A stretch of 64,000 bases of DNA, taken from contig QCUR01000001.1 in the NCBI GenBank assembly GCA_003208875.1, positions 224,001-288,000 on the forward strand, given 5' to 3'. The position numbers were made by a program, and so were the translations under genes. This DNA comes from Prochlorococcus sp. AG-679-M23. Its GTDB lineage: Bacteria > Cyanobacteriota > Cyanobacteriia > PCC-6307 > Cyanobiaceae. Below the pieces are notes generated by a model that saw only the letters and a list, made by a program, of their open reading frames with translations, was not told the DNA's origin and searched no databases. Positions 32,466 through 42,940 of this stretch are shown here, piece after piece (position 1 is the stretch's first letter; the number at the start of each line of letters is the position of its first letter).

Positions 32466-33662
32466 ATGGACACTCAAGCTTTTAGAAGATCTCTTCATCA
32501 TTCGGACAGATATAACCGAAGAGGTTTTGACTCTCCTACTAAAAGAGCCCAAGCTTTAGAAGAAGCTTACCAAAGTGATTTAATCACCTCAATTAGAAAT
32601 AATAGTTTTACATACAAAAAAGGGAGATTAAATATAAAATTAGCCCAGGCATTTGGTTTTTGTTGGGGAGTTGAAAGAGCTGTTGCAATGGCCTATGAAA
32701 CTAGAAGACATTATCCTAATGAGAATATTTGGATAACAAACGAAATAATTCATAATCCCTCAGTTAATGATCATTTAAGAAAAATGAATGTTAAATTCAT
32801 TTCAGCAAAAAATGGCATTAAGGATTTTTCTTTGGTTTCAGATGGAGATGTGGTTATCTTGCCAGCTTTTGGTGCTACTGTTCAAGAAATGAAACTTCTT
32901 CATGAAAAAGGCTGTCATATTATTGATACAACGTGCCCTTGGGTTTCAAAGGTGTGGCATACGGTAGAAAAACATAAAAAACATACTTTTACATCTATTA
33001 TTCACGGCAAATTTAAGCATGAAGAAACTCTTGCTACTAGTTCATTTGCGGATAAATATCTTGTAGTACTTAATCTTGAGGAGGCAAATTATGTCTCAGA
33101 ATATATTCTTGGTAGAGGCAATAAAAATCATTTTCTTAATAAATTTGCTCAGGCTTTTTCTAATGGATTTGATCCAGATAAAGATTTAGATAGAGTTGGA
33201 GTTGCTAATCAAACAACGATGTTAAAAAGCGAAACAGAGGAGATAGGAAAAGTTTTTGAAAAAACAATGCTTTATAAATTTGGTCCAGAAAAGTTAAATA
33301 GTCACTTTTTAGCTTTCAATACTATTTGTGATGCTACAGAAGAAAGACAAGATGCGATGTTTTCATTGGTTGATGAAGATTTAGATATCCTTGTGGTAAT
33401 TGGTGGATACAATTCTTCAAATACAACTCACTTGCAAGAGATAGCTATAAATAAAAATATTTCTTCTTTTCATATTGATACACCTGAAAGGATTTCAGTT
33501 AAGGAAAATTCTATTCATCATAAACCACTTAAATCTGAAATGGTTTTGAAAAAGAATTTCATTCCTGAGGGAGAAATTAAAGTAGGTATTACTTCTGGAG
33601 CTTCTACTCCAGATAAGATAGTCGCTGATGTTATTGAAAAGTTAATTGCTATTACTAAGTAA
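32466..33662 (+). CDS. ispH: 4-hydroxy-3-methylbut-2-enyl diphosphate reductase
   Basis: [42 protein letters not shown]. Confidence 0.97.
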   Translation: MDTQAFRRSLHHSDRYNRRGFDSPTKRAQALEEAYQSDLITSIRNNSFTYKKGRLNIKLAQAFGFCWGVERAVAMAYETRRHYPNENIWITNEIIHNPSVNDHLRKMNVKFISAKNGIKDFSLVSDGDVVILPAFGATVQEMKLLHEKGCHIIDTTCPWVSKVWHTVEKHKKHTFTSIIHGKFKHEETLATSSFADKYLVVLNLEEANYVSEYILGRGNKNHFLNKFAQAFSNGFDPDKDLDRVGVANQTTMLKSETEEIGKVFEKTMLYKFGPEKLNSHFLAFNTICDATEERQDAMFSLVDEDLDILVVIGGYNSSNTTHLQEIAINKNISSFHIDTPERISVKENSIHHKPLKSEMVLKKNFIPEGEIKVGITSGASTPDKIVADVIEKLIAITK

Positions 33663-33757
33663 ATATTAATTTTTCTGCATAATTTTTAACTTTATTAAAT
33701 ACATATCACCAAAAGATCCTCGTTATTATCTAGAATAACCAAAAGTAATTTGGAAGT

Positions 33758-34318
33758 ATGGAAGACACAACACAATCTAATCGAGATCAAACAGCTAAAA
33801 TGAATGCTTCAAAGGCTCCTCAAAAGGTGGAAGTCGTTGTGGCTAATCCCTCTACGAATTCAGAGGTCAATATATTAGGTGAATTATCTATATTTATTTT
33901 AAGGATTGGTTTTAGTGTTTTGATGATTCATCATGGCTTGGAAAAGCTTCAAGATCCTCAAGGCTTTGGAGAATTTGTTGTAGGTAAATATTTCCCATTC
34001 TTGCCAGGAGATCCTGTCCTCTGGACGTATGGAGCTGCTATTACTCAATTAGTTTGCCCATTAGGATTAGCATTAGGAATTTTTGCAAGACTTAGCTCTC
34101 TAGGACTTTTCTCTACGATGGCATTTGCTGTTTATTTTCACCTTTTAGATACAGGTTTAGAGGGGTTTCCATTAGCAGTAGTTGAAGGTCATAATTATGC
34201 TTTTGAACTTTCATTCATATACGGAGCTATCTCTCTTTATTTCTTATGTGCAGGACCAGGAAGATTAGCACTTCTTCGTAAGACAAATAAAATCACTTAT
34301 TATCCAAAATCAAATTGA
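33758..34318 (+). CDS. DoxX family membrane protein
   Basis: LRIG....MIHHGLEKL, LG...R, GPGR. Confidence 0.82.
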   Translation: MEDTTQSNRDQTAKMNASKAPQKVEVVVANPSTNSEVNILGELSIFILRIGFSVLMIHHGLEKLQDPQGFGEFVVGKYFPFLPGDPVLWTYGAAITQLVCPLGLALGIFARLSSLGLFSTMAFAVYFHLLDTGLEGFPLAVVEGHNYAFELSFIYGAISLYFLCAGPGRLALLRKTNKITYYPKSN

Positions 34319-34319
34319 T

Positions 34320-35873
34320 TTAGTGCAGAAAATGCCTCTTCTTAGTAAATACCATAGAAATCCCTTTTAGATTACACATTTCAATACTTTCTTCATCCCT
34401 TATACTTCCCCCTGGTTGAATAATTGAACTTATTCCATATTCATTAGCAAGCTCTACTGTATCTGCAAATGGAAAGAAACCATCGCTTGCTAAAACGCCT
34501 CCGTAACCATTCTCTTTGGCAGCTTGCAAAGCTATTTTTGAAGCCCCAACCCTGTTCATTTGTCCAGCTCCTATGCCAAGAGTTTGTTGATCTTTTGCAA
34601 TCACAATGGCATTTGATTTAACGTGTTTGCAAATTTTCCAGGCAAAACTCAAATCTAAATAATCTTGAGTACTTGGAATTTTTTTAGTAACTGGAATCCA
34701 ACTTTCAGTTTTTTCTTCACTATTATCAGTATCTTGAACGAGTAATCCTCCCATTATTGATTTAGTAGAAGTTTGGTTCTTTTTTGGGATTTGATCTTTT
34801 GAAAATTTTAAAATTCTTAAATTCTTTTTGATTTTTAAAATTTCTAAAGCCTCTGCATCAAAAGAAGGAGCTACTACACATTCTAAGAAAATATCTTTGA
34901 GTTTAATTGCGGTTTCACTATCTACATTTGAATTAAAAGCAACTATTCCTCCAAATGCACTAACTGAGTCACATTTCAAAGCATTCAAAAATGCTTGAGA
35001 GGCTCGATTACTGATAGATGCGCCACAAGGATTATTGTGTTTTAAAATTACAGATGCAAACGTGTCTGTTGTAGGTTCATCTTTTTCTTCATAGCCAAAT
35101 TCTAAAACTGTTGAAAGTGCCGACTCAAGATCCAATAGATTGTTATAACTTAACTCTTTCCCTTGTAACTGTTCTGCTGAGTTCCATCCAATATTATTTA
35201 AACCATACCAAAAAGCTTTTTGATGAGGATTCTCCCCATATCTTAAGGTTTTGATTAGTGGATAAGATTCAATATATATGGAAGATTGTAAACCTCTTTC
35301 TTTTCTTATCCAATTAGATATCGCAGTGTCATAGTCAGCTGTATGTTGAAAAGCTTCAAGTGCTAATTTTGCTTTATATGTTTCTTTTAACTCCCCTTTT
35401 TTACTCTCTTCAAGAAATTCTTGATATTGACTAGGATCGACTAAAACTGAAACGTCTTTATGATTTTTAGCCGCAGAACGAATCATTGATGGTCCTCCGA
35501 TGTCAATATTTTCAATAGCATCTTCCCATTTAGATCCCTTCTCAACAGTTTTCTTAAAAGGATATAAATTGACAACTACTAATTCAATAAGTTCAAGATC
35601 GTAGGCTTCTATATCTTTTTTATGTTCCTCATCTGTTCTTTTAGCTAATATTCCTCCGTGAATTTTCGGATGTAAAGTTTTAACTCTTCCTCCAAGTATT
35701 TCTGGAGAATTAGTAAAATCTGCGACTTTAATAACTGGAATTTTTGCCTCCATTAGATGTTTAGCAGTGCCTCCACTTGATAGAATTTTATAATTAAATT
35801 TTTCTACCAATTCTTTACAAAATGGGATTATATTTTTTTTATCAGAGACACTTACAAGGGCTAATGGTGACAT
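34320..35873 (-). CDS. purH: Bifunctional AICAR formyltransferase/IMP cyclohydrolase
   Basis: SVSDK, GGRVKTLHP, IDIGGP, LRYGENPHQ, SDGFFPF, RHFLH. Confidence 0.98.
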   Translation of the reverse strand: MSPLALVSVSDKKNIIPFCKELVEKFNYKILSSGGTAKHLMEAKIPVIKVADFTNSPEILGGRVKTLHPKIHGGILAKRTDEEHKKDIEAYDLELIELVVVNLYPFKKTVEKGSKWEDAIENIDIGGPSMIRSAAKNHKDVSVLVDPSQYQEFLEESKKGELKETYKAKLALEAFQHTADYDTAISNWIRKERGLQSSIYIESYPLIKTLRYGENPHQKAFWYGLNNIGWNSAEQLQGKELSYNNLLDLESALSTVLEFGYEEKDEPTTDTFASVILKHNNPCGASISNRASQAFLNALKCDSVSAFGGIVAFNSNVDSETAIKLKDIFLECVVAPSFDAEALEILKIKKNLRILKFSKDQIPKKNQTSTKSIMGGLLVQDTDNSEEKTESWIPVTKKIPSTQDYLDLSFAWKICKHVKSNAIVIAKDQQTLGIGAGQMNRVGASKIALQAAKENGYGGVLASDGFFPFADTVELANEYGISSIIQPGGSIRDEESIEMCNLKGISMVFTKKRHFLH

Positions 35874-35906
35874 TATTGAAAAGTTTACTTACTTAAGAAT
35901 ATAAAC

Positions 35907-36524
35907 ATGAAATATGATATTGATCATGAATTTGTCGGGATTAGTTCTCAAACCGCAACTCATAGAATAATTTTGCTACATGGCTGGGGAGCCGATGCAG
36001 ATGACCTTTTAACACTTGGAAAGGAGATTATAGAAAAAATAAATCTTGATTTTGAGGTAATTTCTTTGAGGGCTTCTGGATTACATCCAAGTGGTCAGGG
36101 AAGACAGTGGTATCAACTATACCCTCATGATTGGGAGGGGGCTGAGGTTGAAGTAAATAAACTTTTAGGTACATTAAAAAAATTTGATAATGATCAGATT
36201 TCAATAGGAAAAACAATTTTGTTGGGTTTTTCTCAGGGTGCAGCTATGGCAATTGATGCAGGATCTAAATTAAAATTAGGTCTAATTGTTGCTTGTAGTG
36301 GTTATCCCCACCCAAACTGGGCTCCAGGAGAAAAATACCCACCATTAATTGTTAGTCATGGTTTGTTTGATGACGTGGTGCCTATAGATGCTTCAAGAAT
36401 TATTCATGAAACGGTAAAAAATAAGTCTTCTAAATTTTGCGAATTAATAGAATTTAATGGATCCCATCAAATTGATCCAAATTTAATTGATTTTATAAGT
36501 TCAAATATAAATAATATTTTTTAA
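35907..36524 (+). CDS. Alpha/beta hydrolase (phospholipase/carboxylesterase family)
   Basis: LHGWG, GFSQG nucleophile elbow, HG..D.VV, G.H. Confidence 0.88.
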   Translation: MKYDIDHEFVGISSQTATHRIILLHGWGADADDLLTLGKEIIEKINLDFEVISLRASGLHPSGQGRQWYQLYPHDWEGAEVEVNKLLGTLKKFDNDQISIGKTILLGFSQGAAMAIDAGSKLKLGLIVACSGYPHPNWAPGEKYPPLIVSHGLFDDVVPIDASRIIHETVKNKSSKFCELIEFNGSHQIDPNLIDFISSNINNIF

Positions 36525-36889
36525 ACGAAAGCATATTCGTATTCTTCAATCTCTTCCCAATCATCTGCAGTAAGTTCTAGACCCTCAAATATTTTTTCTT
36601 CACCAATTCCCTCAACTACGACTTTTAGAGATGGAAATAGAAAATGATTTTCTTCAGCATATTGGGCGCTAAATAAACCTTTTTCACCCCAAAAAAACCT
36701 ATCAGTGGTATGTTCATTTCTTCGAACATTGAAAACTGAAGGGGCACACAAAGCATTTTCAGCTATAAATCTTCTTGCAGCTGTAACTGGTTTATGTTTG
36801 CCAGTTTCGATATGATAAATAGGTACATGTGCCATTACTCTTTGGCCAGCCAACCTTCTTCTGCTGATTCTTTTTCTCTTTTTTGACAT
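36521..36889 (-). CDS. DUF3155-like conserved cyanobacterial protein
   Basis: KPVTAARRFI, RNEHTTDRFFWGEKGLFSAQYAEENHFLFPSL; AGGAG Shine-Dalgarno at 36903-36899. Confidence 0.85.
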   Translation of the reverse strand: MSKKRKRISRRRLAGQRVMAHVPIYHIETGKHKPVTAARRFIAENALCAPSVFNVRRNEHTTDRFFWGEKGLFSAQYAEENHFLFPSLKVVVEGIGEEKIFEGLELTADDWEEIEEYEYAFV

Positions 36890-36979
36890 TGATTGGTACT
36901 CCTAGAATTATTAATGAGATTAGTCTTATTAATTGTTACTAATCTTATATCTGTGATTTTGAATTCACTTAAATTACAT

Positions 36980-37057
36980 AGAGGACCCATCAACCCCTGA
37001 TGTAGCTTAAAATATGATTAAATGTTCATATTTAAGGCTGGCTAAAGTCAGACCTCT
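36980..37057 (-). ncRNA. Candidate structured 5' leader RNA of the DUF3155-like gene
   Basis: Nested inverted repeats beginning at the predicted transcription start (see findings). Confidence 0.5.
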
Positions 37058-37063
37058 TTATAT

Positions 37064-37091
37064 ATCTTAATACTTTTTTCATATTTTACAA
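37064..37091 (-). promoter_or_regulatory. Sigma70-type promoter for the DUF3155-like transcript
   Basis: TTGTAA (37091-37086), 16-nt spacer, TAAGAT (37069-37064). Confidence 0.5.
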
Positions 37092-37125
37092 GTCCTTTTT
37101 CAGATTTTTTTTAATTTCACTGATT

Positions 37126-38262
37126 ATGAAGCTCTCAAAAAAATTTGAAGAATTAATCATAAAACAGCTAGAGAGCTTTGGTTGCTCAATGGGAGTGACT
37201 CATTTGGTTATGTATCTTGCTTCAACGGAGCAAGGAACTAAAGCATCTTTTGAAATGATTGGTCAATGGCCACAAATTGATAGGCTTCTGATATCAGTAG
37301 AAGATGATCCTTCCCTAAAAGTTTCTTCTCCTAATAGAAGATGGTACCCGCTTCAAGAAAACGATATCCTACTTGGTGTTCTTAGGGTAGAAACTGATTT
37401 TAAAGAAGGGTATTGGCCAGGATCTCTTGACTCTAGATTAAAAGCACTTTCACTATCTTTAGCTAAATGCGTTTCTATCGAATTAGAACGTCAAAATAAA
37501 AATGAAGAAATTAATTATTTAAAAAATCAGGTCAATGTCATAATCCATCAATTGAGGAATCCATTGGCTGCTCTTAGGACATATGCAAAATTACTAATAA
37601 AAAGACTTGGTTCAGATGATGACTCTATTGAAATAGTCGAACGAATGATAACAGAGCAAAAACAAATTAATAATTATATGGACTCTTTTGCGCAATTAAA
37701 TTCAGCTATTCAACTTCCTCTAGAAATTGGAGAGGAAAGATTATTATTACCACCAAATTTAGATAACAAAAAGCTTATAACTGTTCAGAGTTTATTGAGG
37801 CCAATTTTGGAAAGGGGCCAAGCTAATGCGAAGTTAGAGAATAGAGATTGGACGGAACCTTCTCTTTGGCCAGATTGGACTTTAGCGCCATTAAAGGTTA
37901 AATATGCTGTAATTGCTGAAATTGTGGCTAATCTATTAGAAAATGCGTTTAAATACGCCCAAAAAGATGCTGAGATTGGACTCACCATTATGAGTAAAGG
38001 TCTGTGCATATTTGATGATGGTAAAAAAATAACCAAAATTGAAAATGAGAAAATTTTTCAAAAAGGCTTTCGAGGATCTGCGGCTAAGAAGAAGGATGGT
38101 ACTGGTGTTGGACTTTTTTTAGCGAGGAAATTAGCAAAACAAATTGGAGGAGAGTTAAGATTGCTTGAAAACTCCTCAATTAATGATGTAAAGGAATTAA
38201 AAAGTCTTAAGAAGAAGAATATTTTCTATTTAGAACTTCCTATAAAAGAATTGCATTCATAA
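37126..38262 (+). CDS. Soluble sensor histidine kinase, Hik2/CSK-like
   Basis: GAF-like N-terminus (YPL....LLGVL), H-box HQLRNPL, N-box NLLENAFKY, IFQKGFRG, GTGVGL; no TM segments. Confidence 0.85.
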   Translation: MKLSKKFEELIIKQLESFGCSMGVTHLVMYLASTEQGTKASFEMIGQWPQIDRLLISVEDDPSLKVSSPNRRWYPLQENDILLGVLRVETDFKEGYWPGSLDSRLKALSLSLAKCVSIELERQNKNEEINYLKNQVNVIIHQLRNPLAALRTYAKLLIKRLGSDDDSIEIVERMITEQKQINNYMDSFAQLNSAIQLPLEIGEERLLLPPNLDNKKLITVQSLLRPILERGQANAKLENRDWTEPSLWPDWTLAPLKVKYAVIAEIVANLLENAFKYAQKDAEIGLTIMSKGLCIFDDGKKITKIENEKIFQKGFRGSAAKKKDGTGVGLFLARKLAKQIGGELRLLENSSINDVKELKSLKKKNIFYLELPIKELHS

Positions 38263-38980
38263 ATAACATTGTAGTTTCGACTAGTACAACACTCGCACCG
38301 CAGGCATCTCCATTGAAGCCTCCAATTTTATTCCCAAGTATGTTTGGAATAGAGTAACTAAAAAAAATACCAATTAAAATTAGAAATAAAAATTTAATTA
38401 ATATTGCTTGGGATGTAATTGAAACAAATTGGTATGCGATGAAAATTAATAGAAAAAAAATGGAAATCAAAGATTCTTTTTTAAATCCATTCCAAAACTT
38501 TTTGTGACTAATAGATTTTTTCTTGTAACTCATATATTTAAACTTTTCTATAAAAAATAAATTTGAAAATCTTCCCCAAAATAAGCATATTGGCAAAGCA
38601 ATAATTATTTGGTTTTGAATTTTGAGTATACAAGCAATCTGAATTAAAGTTATAAAAAATAAAGATTGGACGCCAAAGGATCCAACTTTACTGTCTTTCA
38701 TAGCTTTTAAACGTTTCTTTTTACCCGCAAAAATACCATCGAAAGTATCCATTAAACCATCGATGTGTAGACCTCCTGTAATTAAATATCCTGAAGCTAA
38801 ACAGATTAAAGTAGATGCATAAATAGACCAAGAGTTTACGCTTAAAAAAACAAAAATATAACTCTGTATTGTTCCAATAAAAAATCCCAAAGGCGGCGCA
38901 AATTGTGCAATATTTTTAAATTCGGGATTAATTAAAGGTATCTTTGGAAATGTCGTATAGAAAATCCAAGATCCGGCCAA
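38240..38980 (-). CDS. cobS: Adenosylcobinamide-GDP ribazoletransferase (cobalamin synthase)
   Basis: FYT.FP, TGGLHIDGLMDTFDG, MKDSKVGSFG, GGFNGD..GA. Confidence 0.94.
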   Translation of the reverse strand: MAGSWIFYTTFPKIPLINPEFKNIAQFAPPLGFFIGTIQSYIFVFLSVNSWSIYASTLICLASGYLITGGLHIDGLMDTFDGIFAGKKKRLKAMKDSKVGSFGVQSLFFITLIQIACILKIQNQIIIALPICLFWGRFSNLFFIEKFKYMSYKKKSISHKKFWNGFKKESLISIFFLLIFIAYQFVSITSQAILIKFLFLILIGIFFSYSIPNILGNKIGGFNGDACGASVVLVETTMLFMNAILL

Positions 38981-39078
38981 ATTTTTTATTAAATATTTTT
39001 TGATGAGATAAAAATAGATTCAATATTTAATAATAGGGTAGATTAATAAAAAAGGATCAAAACATTTTATAAATTATC

Positions 39079-40197
39079 GTGTTTGAATTTGAAATTAAAT
39101 CGAATTGTAGTAATACAGAGGCAAGAACTGGTATATTTTATACCCCAAATGGTCAGGTAAAAACTCCAAGATTTATGCCTGTGGGTACTTTGGCAACGGT
39201 TAAAGGAATCTCATCTAAGCAGTTAATCTCTACAGGATCAGAAATGATTCTTTCGAATACCTTCCATCTTCATCTGCAACCTGGAGAAAAACTAGTTAAA
39301 GAATCTGGTGGAATACATAAGTTTATGAATTGGAATAAGCCTATTCTTACTGATTCAGGTGGATATCAAGTTTTTAGTTTGGCCAAATTAAATAATATTT
39401 CTGATAAAGGTGTGGAATTTAAAAATCCAAGAGATGGTAGTCATGTATTTTTATCACCTGAAAAAGTAATGCAGATTCAAATGGATCTTGGTTCTGATGT
39501 TGCTATGGCTTTTGATCATTGTCCTCCGCACACAGCTAACGAAAATGATGTTGAGGACTCTTTACAAAGAACTCATTCATGGTTGCAAAAATGTGTTGAG
39601 ACTCATCAGAAATCAAATCAAGCATTATTTGGAATAGTTCAAGGTGGTAAGTATCCAAGATTAAGAGAACATAGCGCAAAATTTACAAGTTCTTTTGATC
39701 TCCCTGGGATAGCGGTTGGAGGTGTCAGTGTTGGAGAGGCAGTCGAAGAAATACATAGTGTAATTAATTACGTCCCAAAATTCTTACCAATAAATAAACC
39801 AAGATATTTAATGGGAATTGGCTCTCTAAGAGAAATTTCTTTAGCTGTTGCAAAAGGATTCGATATATTTGACTGTGTTTTGCCTACAAGACTGGGAAGA
39901 CATGGGACTGCATTTTTTAATGATGAAAGATTGAATTTGCGAAATGCTCGATTTAAAAATGATTTTTCTCCAATAGATAAAACTTGTAAATGTGAAACTT
40001 GTAAATCTTATTCTCGCGCATACTTGCATCATCTAGTTAGAAATGATGAAATATTAGGCCTAACGCTTATAAGCCTACATAATATTTCTCATCTAATACG
40101 ATTTACAAATGCAATTTCTAAAGCAATTAAAGATAATTGTTTTACAATAGATTTCGCTCCTTGGAAAAGATCCTCTATTGCTCACCATACATGGTAA
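39079..40197 (+). CDS. tgt: tRNA-guanine transglycosylase
   Basis: [39 protein letters not shown] zinc site. Confidence 0.97.
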   Translation: MFEFEIKSNCSNTEARTGIFYTPNGQVKTPRFMPVGTLATVKGISSKQLISTGSEMILSNTFHLHLQPGEKLVKESGGIHKFMNWNKPILTDSGGYQVFSLAKLNNISDKGVEFKNPRDGSHVFLSPEKVMQIQMDLGSDVAMAFDHCPPHTANENDVEDSLQRTHSWLQKCVETHQKSNQALFGIVQGGKYPRLREHSAKFTSSFDLPGIAVGGVSVGEAVEEIHSVINYVPKFLPINKPRYLMGIGSLREISLAVAKGFDIFDCVLPTRLGRHGTAFFNDERLNLRNARFKNDFSPIDKTCKCETCKSYSRAYLHHLVRNDEILGLTLISLHNISHLIRFTNAISKAIKDNCFTIDFAPWKRSSIAHHTW

Positions 40198-40230
40198 CGT
40201 CTTAAGATAATTAATTAATTTTTTAAGAAG

Positions 40231-40371
40231 GTGCTCACTCTATTAAATACATTCGCTGAATTGCCTGAGGCATATAAGGCTTTCGCTCCAACCGTTGACG
40301 TTCTTCCTTTAATACCTTTATTTTTCTTTTTATTAGTTTTTGTTTGGCAAGCTGCAGTAGGGTTTAAATAA
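40231..40371 (+). CDS. psbK: Photosystem II protein PsbK (46 aa, GTG start)
   Basis: Manual translation [46 protein letters not shown]. Confidence 0.96.
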   Translation: MLTLLNTFAELPEAYKAFAPTVDVLPLIPLFFFLLVFVWQAAVGFK

Positions 40372-40385
40372 AATCTATTTATGAT

Positions 40386-41390
40386 TCAGAAGGGTATTTC
40401 AAGGGATATTGCATCACCAGAGTTTTCTACTGCACATTCAATGAAATCTGCAATCTTTAACGCTCTTGAGGCTTGTTCTCCGTCCACTTCTGGTAACTCT
40501 TTACCTTGCACGCACTTAAGAAAATGTTCTAATTCTGCATATAAAGGTTCGATAGAGGTTGTGCTTACTTCTTCAACATAACCATCATTTCGATAAACTA
40601 ATTCTCCATGCTCTGCTGTATAGGATTCATGAGCTTTTCTATGTATTTGTAGAGAATGATTTAAGAAGTCTGTTTCAACTAGACCATTTTGGCAATGTGC
40701 GCTTAAATTCCTAATTTTTTTATGACTCATTTTGCTGGCAGTTAAGCTTGCAATAATATTATTCTTGAAAACCAAAGTAGCATTTACATAATCTATTAAG
40801 CCATCACTATTTCTTCCTCCGACGGCGGCTAATTTCTGTATCTTTGAATTAACTAATTCAAGCACTAGATCAATATCATGAATCATTAAATCCATAACTA
40901 CTGATACATCATTTGCTCTGTCAGCATGAGGACTGTGCCTTCTTGCTTCTAAAACAACAATATCTTCATTTTGAACTATTTTATTTAACTCTCTAAAAGC
41001 AGGGTTAAATCTTTCAATATGTCCAACTTGTAGAAGACAGTTACTAATTTTAGAGGCATTTATTAAAGATTTAGCCTCTAGCTCAGTAGCTGCAATAGGT
41101 TTTTCAATAAGAACATTAACACCTGCCTTAAGACAATCTAGGCCTACTTTGTGATGGAGAAGTGTAGGGACAGCAATACAAATTGCATCAACTTTAGATA
41201 TAAGATCATGATAATCTTTAAACCACTCACATTGAAATTGCTCTACTGCTAATTTACCTCTGCTTTCGTCTGGATCGGCAACTCCAACTAAATCTGCATC
41301 TCTTAGCAAACTAAGCACTCGAGCATGATGCCATCCCATATTTCCTATACCGATTACTCCAACCTTTACTGAGGATGAGGTTGGTTTCAT
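40386..41390 (-). CDS. Gfo/Idh/MocA family oxidoreductase
   Basis: GIGNMG, EKP, VGHIERFNPA, DLMIHDID. Confidence 0.9.
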   Translation of the reverse strand: MKPTSSSVKVGVIGIGNMGWHHARVLSLLRDADLVGVADPDESRGKLAVEQFQCEWFKDYHDLISKVDAICIAVPTLLHHKVGLDCLKAGVNVLIEKPIAATELEAKSLINASKISNCLLQVGHIERFNPAFRELNKIVQNEDIVVLEARRHSPHADRANDVSVVMDLMIHDIDLVLELVNSKIQKLAAVGGRNSDGLIDYVNATLVFKNNIIASLTASKMSHKKIRNLSAHCQNGLVETDFLNHSLQIHRKAHESYTAEHGELVYRNDGYVEEVSTTSIEPLYAELEHFLKCVQGKELPEVDGEQASRALKIADFIECAVENSGDAISLEIPF

Positions 41391-41440
41391 ATCTTATAGT
41401 CCATGTATATTAAGTTATTATCCTTCATTGGATGTCAATT

Positions 41441-42709
41441 TTAACTTTTTGGCAGAAATATTTTTACACGATCTATTTTGGGACCTGACATTGAAATTAT
41501 TTCAAATTTAATATTTTTAAATTCTAAACTATCTCCGATTTTTGGGACCATTTGAAATTTTTCAAGAAGAAATCCTGCGAGTGTATGATAATCAGCTCCT
41601 TCTGGAATAAAACATCCCAACTTTTTGTTGATTTCTATTATTTCTGCTTTACCAGCAATCGACCACTTCTTAGAGAAATTATCCAACATTTTCATATCAG
41701 AATATACTCTGCTATTTAGCATTTCTTCCCCAACAATTTCACCAGTAAGATCAGCTGCAGTGATAAGTCCCTCAGTCCCACCATGTTCATCAACAACCAG
41801 TAAAAATGGATTATAGTCTCTAACGATAGGTAATATTTCTGCTAATGAGCATGTCTCTATTACTTTTGTTACTGGCAAAAGGAAAGGTTCTAATAATGTA
41901 TTTGCTCCCATTTCGCTTTTAGAAATTGGTTTTGCTAAATAACGTAAATCTAAAACTCCTAAAACATCATCAAGAGACTCACCAATTACAAAAAAACGCG
42001 CATGCCTTGTTTTATCAACCTGTTTCATAAGTTCAGCAAAAGTAATATTTTTTGGCAAAGTTACCATTTCAGATCTTGGAATCATTACTTCTTTGACTTG
42101 AGTATCTTTTAAAGCAAAAACACCTTCTAAGATGTTTTTCTCATCAGGCTTTAATCCTGTGACATTATCTGTTTCTATTAATGTTTCTAATTCACCTGCC
42201 GATAATACTGAATTTAATGAATCCCATTTGTTGTTTAGATTAAATAATCTTAAACAAGCACTTGCAAAAAATTCAATTACAGAAACAATAGGTTGCATTC
42301 CTTTTCGAACTGCATCAAAAATTGTAGTTAATCTCAAAGCGGCTGACTCTGGATTATTAATTACTAATGCTTTAGGAATAAGACCTGATATAAGGGTGAC
42401 TATAAGTACAATAAATAAAAATAATAAGAGATCATATATTCGATTTGAAAATTTATTTATGTTCCAAAAATCATTAGCCAAACCTTTACTTAACCAACCA
42501 ACAGCTATAAGAGAAATTGTCACGCCAAATTGAGATGCTATTAAAGAAGATCTGAATCTTTTTTGAATTTTTAAAATTGAAAATGCTCCTTTTCTTTTCT
42601 CTTCTATCAGTCTTAAAACTTTACTTGGCCTTATTAATAAAAACGAAAGTTCACTAGCAGCAAAAAAAGCTGGAAATATCAAAAGTAAGAATAGTAAAGT
42701 TATTTTCAT
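41441..42709 (-). CDS. Hemolysin-family (CNNM/CBS/CorC) membrane protein
   Basis: AFFAASE, EVMIPR, VVDEHGGTEGLIT..D, TLAG, CorC-type C-terminus. Confidence 0.88.
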   Translation of the reverse strand: MKITLLFLLLIFPAFFAASELSFLLIRPSKVLRLIEEKRKGAFSILKIQKRFRSSLIASQFGVTISLIAVGWLSKGLANDFWNINKFSNRIYDLLLFLFIVLIVTLISGLIPKALVINNPESAALRLTTIFDAVRKGMQPIVSVIEFFASACLRLFNLNNKWDSLNSVLSAGELETLIETDNVTGLKPDEKNILEGVFALKDTQVKEVMIPRSEMVTLPKNITFAELMKQVDKTRHARFFVIGESLDDVLGVLDLRYLAKPISKSEMGANTLLEPFLLPVTKVIETCSLAEILPIVRDYNPFLLVVDEHGGTEGLITAADLTGEIVGEEMLNSRVYSDMKMLDNFSKKWSIAGKAEIIEINKKLGCFIPEGADYHTLAGFLLEKFQMVPKIGDSLEFKNIKFEIISMSGPKIDRVKIFLPKS

Positions 42710-42727
42710 TCAATAACAAATTAGTGA

Positions 42728-42800
42728 TGGGGGTGGCGAGGATCGAACTCGCCTAAGCCAAATTATGAGTTTGGTGCATTCACCAGATTGCTACACCCCC
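42728..42800 (-). tRNA. tRNA with CAT anticodon (non-initiator; Ile2/lysidine or elongator Met)
   Basis: GGGGGTG/CACCCCC acceptor stem, CCAAA-CTCATAA-TTTGG anticodon arm, GTTCGAT T-loop. Confidence 0.93.
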
Positions 42801-42940
42801 AGATTTTCTGCAGTAATGATTAATTACATTCGATTTACATACAATATAAAAATAATATTTCAAAAAGCACCAACTTAGTAAGTTTTTGTGAGATTTCTTT
42901 TTTTTCTCCTAATCTTGAAATATAAGCTTAACTTCTATTA

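Noticed and set aside
7769..42800. tRNA genes as possible island integration sites
   Set aside because: All three are flanked by core genes; no integrase or duplicated tRNA 3' end seen
42823..42841. TTACA direct repeat as an HLR1 (RpaB) site
   Set aside because: Repeat period is 11 bp rather than 10, and the context is a tRNA upstream region
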